Shown here: positions 6,609 through 10,411 of the stretch, piece after piece
Layout of the letters: every line of letters begins with the position of its first letter
How positions within the stretch are numbered: the stretch's first letter is position 1
Assembly: GCA_016840165.1 (NCBI GenBank)
Contig: JAEOSU010000098.1
Location: 1 to 10,411 of the forward strand
Source: Promethearchaeota archaeon
GTDB lineage: Archaea > Asgardarchaeota > Lokiarchaeia > Sigyniarchaeales > SOKP01
Direction: 5' to 3'
Length of the DNA: 10,411 nt
The notes under the pieces: model-generated
Told to the model about the DNA's origin: nothing
Databases searched by the model: none
What the model saw: only the letters and a program-made list of their open reading frames with translations
Position numbers and translations under genes: made by a program

Positions 6609-8066
6609 TTACTTTAATTCAGGATGCTTTTCTAATTCCTGTCTCATTTTTTCGAGTTTTTCACCATGCAAATCATAAACTTTGAAGAAGAGAATTGATC
6701 CAATAAGAGCTATTGAAGGAAAGAGAAACATCAAAGCTTTTATACCAATTTCTCTTAAAGCTGGATCAGCAACAACAGGTACATATTTACTCCATCCAGT
6801 TCCTGAAAATATGATATAAATAGTTGTAATTCCAAGTATCATTGAAAAACGATGAATAAAAGCATTTACACCATAATAACTAGCGGCTCTTTTCACACCA
6901 AACTTAAGTGCATCTTGATCAATTACATCACCATGAATTATATCTATAAAAAATAACGCAGCTGATAATCCAAATCCTATTGTTATAAAGACAATAAATG
7001 ATAATGTTCTACTAATTTCATTATTTGATAAAAGAATCAAAGGAAATAAGGTGATTATCCATATTCCTAAGCCAAGCATTAAACCTTTACGAGTGCCATA
7101 TTTTTTCCTAATCCTTGCTTGAAGAGGCATAAAGAATGCAGCAGATAAGAGTGCTAACATCAATGTAATTCCAATTAACATCGATCCTTCAGTTCTTCCA
7201 AGGACATAGACAGCATAGAGAGGAAATATTGTTAATAACACATTAAAACAATACCAAACAAGCATATTTCCAAGCGTGAATTTTATAAAGGTTCGATTTG
7301 AAAATGTTATTTTCAATGATTTGAAAAATCCCGGTCTCTTTTCAAAATCACTTGTTTGCTCTTCTTTTTCCTTTACTCCAAAGAAAATGAATAATATTGC
7401 CATGACCAATATTATTACAGCTAGAACTATACCTGAAATAATATATTTAGTGTTAATACTAGCAACTTCTGCAGCATATTCTACTGGATAAATAATTGGA
7501 TCAATTGTTGGAATTAAAGAAGGATAAACAATGAAAGTTGGAATTAATGAAGCAAGGATTACTGCAATCATAGTAAAGGCCTTTATAAATACATTTACAT
7601 CTCCTCTTTGTTTCTCTGTTGGAAACATTTCGGGGAATACAGCATTAGTATTTACTGAAAACATTGTATAGAAGAATTCAAAGGTAAAAATTATGAAAAT
7701 AAAATACCAAAACTTAAAATTGGCAGGTACTGTAAAAAGGAAAATCATTATCAACGCTAAAGGAACAAAGGATATAATTAAATACAATTTTCTTTTTCCT
7801 AATTTCCCTTTCTGTTTAGTTTTCTCACTTAATGCCCCCAGTAAAGGGTCATTAAACATGTTCCAAATACCCCACAAAACGAATCCAATCCACATTTCAA
7901 GCATTGTAAGACCTACTACTGCAAAATAAAAAGTAAAAACATAAATTGTAAACGCTTGATATGTTATTTGATCTTTGGTGACTTTTTGATTCACTCAAAT
8001 TTGATCTGGAAAAGCGTTTGTCCCAAATAGTATTTTTTCTTTTAAAGATACTTTTCTTTCACTCAT
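6609..8066 (-). CDS. MFS transporter, glycoside-pentoside-hexuronide (MelB/MFS_2) type, interrupted by a 33-nt insert; join(8001..8066, 6609..7967) gives 474 aa
   Basis: ATG 8066 is preceded by AGGGA and is in frame with the 7994 ORF. Translation is MSERKVSLKEKILFGTNAFPDQI*VNQKVTKDQITYQAF. The SLKEKILFG start is typical of GPH transporters. Motifs WNMFNDPLLGALSE..GKRK and DVID are present, with about 12 hydrophobic segments. Confidence 0.88.
7966..8007. repeat. 9-bp direct repeat (atttgatct at 7966-7974 and 7999-8007) flanking a 24-bp imperfect palindrome
   Basis: Read directly from sequence. The spacer is ttggtgactttttgattcactcaa. Confidence 0.92.
7968..8000 (-). other. Candidate 33-nt bulge-helix-bulge (BHB) intron in the MFS mRNA
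   Basis: mRNA reads CCA-GAUC-AA^A-UUUG-A-GUGA-AUCAAAAAG-UCAC-CAAA-GAUC-AA^A-UAACA. GAUC/GAUC forms a 4-bp central helix with a 3-nt AAA bulge 3' of it on each strand, plus an 8-bp intron stem with one bulged A. It contains in-frame UGA 7995-7997. Excision gives CCA GAU CAA AUA ACA (PDQIT). Confidence 0.7.
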
Positions 8067-8250
8067 ATGATATCCCTAATTTATGATTAAATTTGTATTA
8101 AATTATAATTAAATGTATTTAGATTTTGATCTTTTTAAAACTATATCAAAAGAAATAGAAAAAAATCTATCTCAAAAAAATTCATTAAAATAGAATCATA
8201 TTCTAATTTAACATTAAATTACTATTAATAATCAAGAAATTTGATATAAT

Positions 8251-8835
8251 ATGACAGATTTAAGTGTTGAAGCTACTTATTTTGAGAAGGGGGGCCCGCA
8301 AAATACAGATAAAGCTTTAGAGATCGCTAAAAAATATGCTAAAAAATTTGGGATAAATGATATCATTATTGCAAGTACTACAGGAATGACAGCAGAGAAA
8401 GCAGCAGAGATTTTTGATTCTGAAAAGTTCAATATAATTATTGTGACCCACGCGTATTACTTTGTAAATAATACAATTAGACAAGAATTTCCCGAGGATA
8501 AATTAGAATTTTTAAAAAAGAAAGGGTTAAAGTTTCATATTGGAACCCATTCCATGAGTGGGATTGAAAGAGGTTTAAGAATAGGGAAAGAAGCTTGGAT
8601 GTTTGTGGATTTATTAGCAAAACTTTTAGGATGGCATTTTAGTCAGGGAATAAAAGTATGTATAGAAATTTCAGCAACGATTTGTGATGCCGGGTTAATA
8701 CCAGATTTAAACAGAGATATCATTGCTATCGCTGGAATGGGAAAGGGTGCCGATACAGTATGCTTGATTAAACCTGCACCCACTAGTGAATTTAAAAACT
8801 TACGAGTAAAAGCAATACTATGCAAACCCTTATAA
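8251..8835 (+). CDS. Pyruvate kinase C-terminal alpha/beta-domain-like protein (MTH1675/DUF1867-type)
   Basis: Motifs TYFEKGGPQNTDKALEIA, IIIASTTGMTA, IVTH, THSMSGIERG, FSQGIKVCIEI..CDAGLIP, IAIAGMGKGADT and ILCKP match this archaeal family as I recognise it. Confidence 0.85.
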   Translation: MTDLSVEATYFEKGGPQNTDKALEIAKKYAKKFGINDIIIASTTGMTAEKAAEIFDSEKFNIIIVTHAYYFVNNTIRQEFPEDKLEFLKKKGLKFHIGTHSMSGIERGLRIGKEAWMFVDLLAKLLGWHFSQGIKVCIEISATICDAGLIPDLNRDIIAIAGMGKGADTVCLIKPAPTSEFKNLRVKAILCKPL

Positions 8836-8851
8836 AATACCCTTATAAAAT
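8826..8851. repeat. Perfect 13-bp tandem duplication (acccttataaaat x2) spanning the stop codon
   Basis: Copies at 8826-8838 and 8839-8851. Confidence 0.9.
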
Positions 8852-8883
8852 AATTAAAAAAAGAATTTGAATAAAAAAGATAT

Positions 8884-10071
8884 TTAAATTATATTTAATT
8901 TTTTTCCGACTTTTTCGATTGCCTTAAGTGCATAATCTAAATCATCTTTAGTTAACAGAGCATTCATTTGAACTCTAATTCTGGATAATTCTCTAGCTAC
9001 CATAGGAAAGACAATGGGAGTACCATAGACGTTTTCTTCTTCAAATAGAATTCTTGCTAGTTCTTGTGCTTTACCTGGATCACCAATTATTAAAGGGATA
9101 ATCGGGGTTTCTGAATTTCCAGTATTATATCCCATATCTTGAACTTCTTTCTTGAAATAATTGGTATTCTCCCATACATTCTTCACATGCTGCGGTTCAC
9201 TTTCAACTACTTCTATTGAGGCTATGTTAGCAGCAACAACACCAGGTGGATGTGCTGTACTGAGTAAATATGTTCTACTTTTATTCGCGCAAAATTCTAT
9301 TAGATCTTTTGAACCTGCCACTGTGCCTCCAAATACCCCAAAACCTTTACTCATTGAACCTCCCTCTACATGAACCTTACCTTGTAAGTTAAAGTGAGCT
9401 ACAATACCTCTCCCTTCTCCTAGAACACCTTCACCATGGCAATCATCGACAAATATCATTGCACCAAAATCTTCTGCTACTCTTGCAACTTCAGCTAAAG
9501 GAGCTATATCCCCATCCATTGAAAATACACCATCAGTAATGATACAAATTCTTCTTGCGCCTTCTTTTTCTGCTTCTTTGAGTTGATTTTCTAAATCTCC
9601 TATATCTCTATGTTTATAAATGATACGTTTTGCTCCTGCTAATCTTACTCCGTCAATGATAGACCCATGATTTAATTCATCAGAGACTACGATGTCTGGT
9701 TTTCCCACTAACATTGGGATTAATCCAGAATTAACTGCAAAACCAGTTTGGCATAAAAGAGATGCTTCTACTTCTTTAAATTCTGCAAATTTAGCTTGAA
9801 ATTCCTTTGTTAAATCAAAAGAACCGGCGATTACAGGGACTGCCCCTGCACCAGCGCCATATTTTTTTGTTGCTTCTATAGTGGCTTGTATTACTTTCGG
9901 ATGGGTTGCTAATCCTAAATAATTATTAGTATTGAGCATTAATACATCTTTTCCATCAACTGTAGAATGTGGTTTTGACCCTTCTTCAAGATATCGGATT
10001 ATCCATTCTAAATTATTGTTTCTTAATTCAGTCATATCTTCCTTAAGAAAAGCAATAGGATCTCTCTTCAC
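8884..10071 (-). CDS. kbl: Glycine C-acetyltransferase (2-amino-3-ketobutyrate CoA ligase), PLP-dependent class II
   Basis: Motifs NNYLGLATHP, SDELNHGSIIDG, ITDGVFSMDGDIAPL, VDDCHGEG and GSMSKGFG (PLP lysine). Adjacent to a threonine dehydrogenase-like gene. GTG 10071 is preferred as start because AGGTGA lies just upstream; TTG 10086 is the alternative. Confidence 0.85.
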   Translation of the reverse strand: MKRDPIAFLKEDMTELRNNNLEWIIRYLEEGSKPHSTVDGKDVLMLNTNNYLGLATHPKVIQATIEATKKYGAGAGAVPVIAGSFDLTKEFQAKFAEFKEVEASLLCQTGFAVNSGLIPMLVGKPDIVVSDELNHGSIIDGVRLAGAKRIIYKHRDIGDLENQLKEAEKEGARRICIITDGVFSMDGDIAPLAEVARVAEDFGAMIFVDDCHGEGVLGEGRGIVAHFNLQGKVHVEGGSMSKGFGVFGGTVAGSKDLIEFCANKSRTYLLSTAHPPGVVAANIASIEVVESEPQHVKNVWENTNYFKKEVQDMGYNTGNSETPIIPLIIGDPGKAQELARILFEEENVYGTPIVFPMVARELSRIRVQMNALLTKDDLDYALKAIEKVGKKLNII

Positions 10072-10075
10072 ATAA

Positions 10076-10081
10076 TCACCT
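10076..10081 (-). promoter_or_regulatory. Shine-Dalgarno-like AGGTGA upstream of kbl GTG
   Basis: Minus strand reads ATAGGTGATTATGTGAAG. GGTGA is the typical archaeal ribosome-binding motif. Confidence 0.55.
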
Positions 10082-10252
10082 ATCAAAATTAGATTTTTTT
10101 GAAAAAATTAATATTTTAAAGGTATTTAAAAAAGTATATTAGTTTTACCCAAATTAAAAGAACATTCAAAATCAAAAGGAAAGGCATAAACCTTTTTTAA
10201 TTGAGTATATTAAGAATAATACTAAATTTTGTGAAATAAAAAGTTGATATAA

Positions 10253-10411
10253 ATGAGAAAAATTTTAGTAATAGGAGCTGCTGGTCAAATTGGAAGTGAA
10301 CTTGTCCCAGCTTTAAGAGAGAAATATGGAAATGACAATGTTATAGCAACTGGAAGAAAAACACCATTACCTGAGATAATAACTGAAAATGGTCCAGTTA
10401 TTTATTTAGAT
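10253..10411 (+). CDS. NAD-dependent epimerase/dehydratase (extended SDR), probably L-threonine 3-dehydrogenase; runs off window end
   Basis: Not in the ORF track. [53 protein letters not shown] has a GxxGxxG Rossmann motif and the LRxxYGxxNVIA signature of SDR-type TDH. Divergent from kbl. Confidence 0.82.
   Translation, partial: MRKILVIGAAGQIGSELVPALREKYGNDNVIATGRKTPLPEIITENGPVIYLD

Noticed and set aside
7276-7929. Two + strand ORFs (71 aa and 78 aa)
   Set aside because: Antisense shadows of the MFS gene.
7992-7994. GTG start of the MFS gene as given in the ORF track
   Set aside because: It lies inside the 33-nt insert and would drop the family-typical N-terminus encoded from ATG 8066. 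Re-initiation after the adjacent TGA cannot be fully excluded.
7995-7997. Selenocysteine read-through of the in-frame TGA in the MFS gene
   Set aside because: It is not a Cys/redox position, and read-through would leave a polar 11-aa insertion with duplicated DQI at the first TM region. No SECIS was recognised.
8643-9373. Short ORFs 8643-8825 (-) and 9161-9373 (+)
   Set aside because: Antisense to well-supported genes.

Overview
AT-rich archaeal window, most consistent with an Asgard (Lokiarchaeia-like) genome. This is inferred from the style of the secreted beta-helix and FN3-like surface proteins, not from a database search. Gene order: 3' part of a BKACE/Kce-family cleavage enzyme (+); aldo/keto reductase (-); small membrane ORF with an upstream in-frame amber stop (+); decayed fragment of a substrate-binding-protein paralog (-); LivJ-type (Venus-flytrap) binding protein with two FN3-like repeats and a C-terminal membrane anchor (-); NosD/CASH beta-helix protein with a TM helix and a cytoplasmic RING-like zinc finger (-); GPH-type MFS transporter (-); pyruvate-kinase C-terminal-like protein (+); glycine C-acetyltransferase kbl (-); 5' part of an SDR-type threonine dehydrogenase (+). 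Main discovery: the MFS gene most likely starts at 8066 and is interrupted by a 33-nt stop-containing insert (7968-8000). The insert folds into a bulge-helix-bulge (BHB) motif, and removing it at the canonical splicing-endonuclease cut sites restores the reading frame. It is a candidate archaeal mRNA intron in a transporter gene. Second candidate: a receptor-like single-pass protein with a RING-like finger, possibly a membrane E3 ubiquitin ligase.
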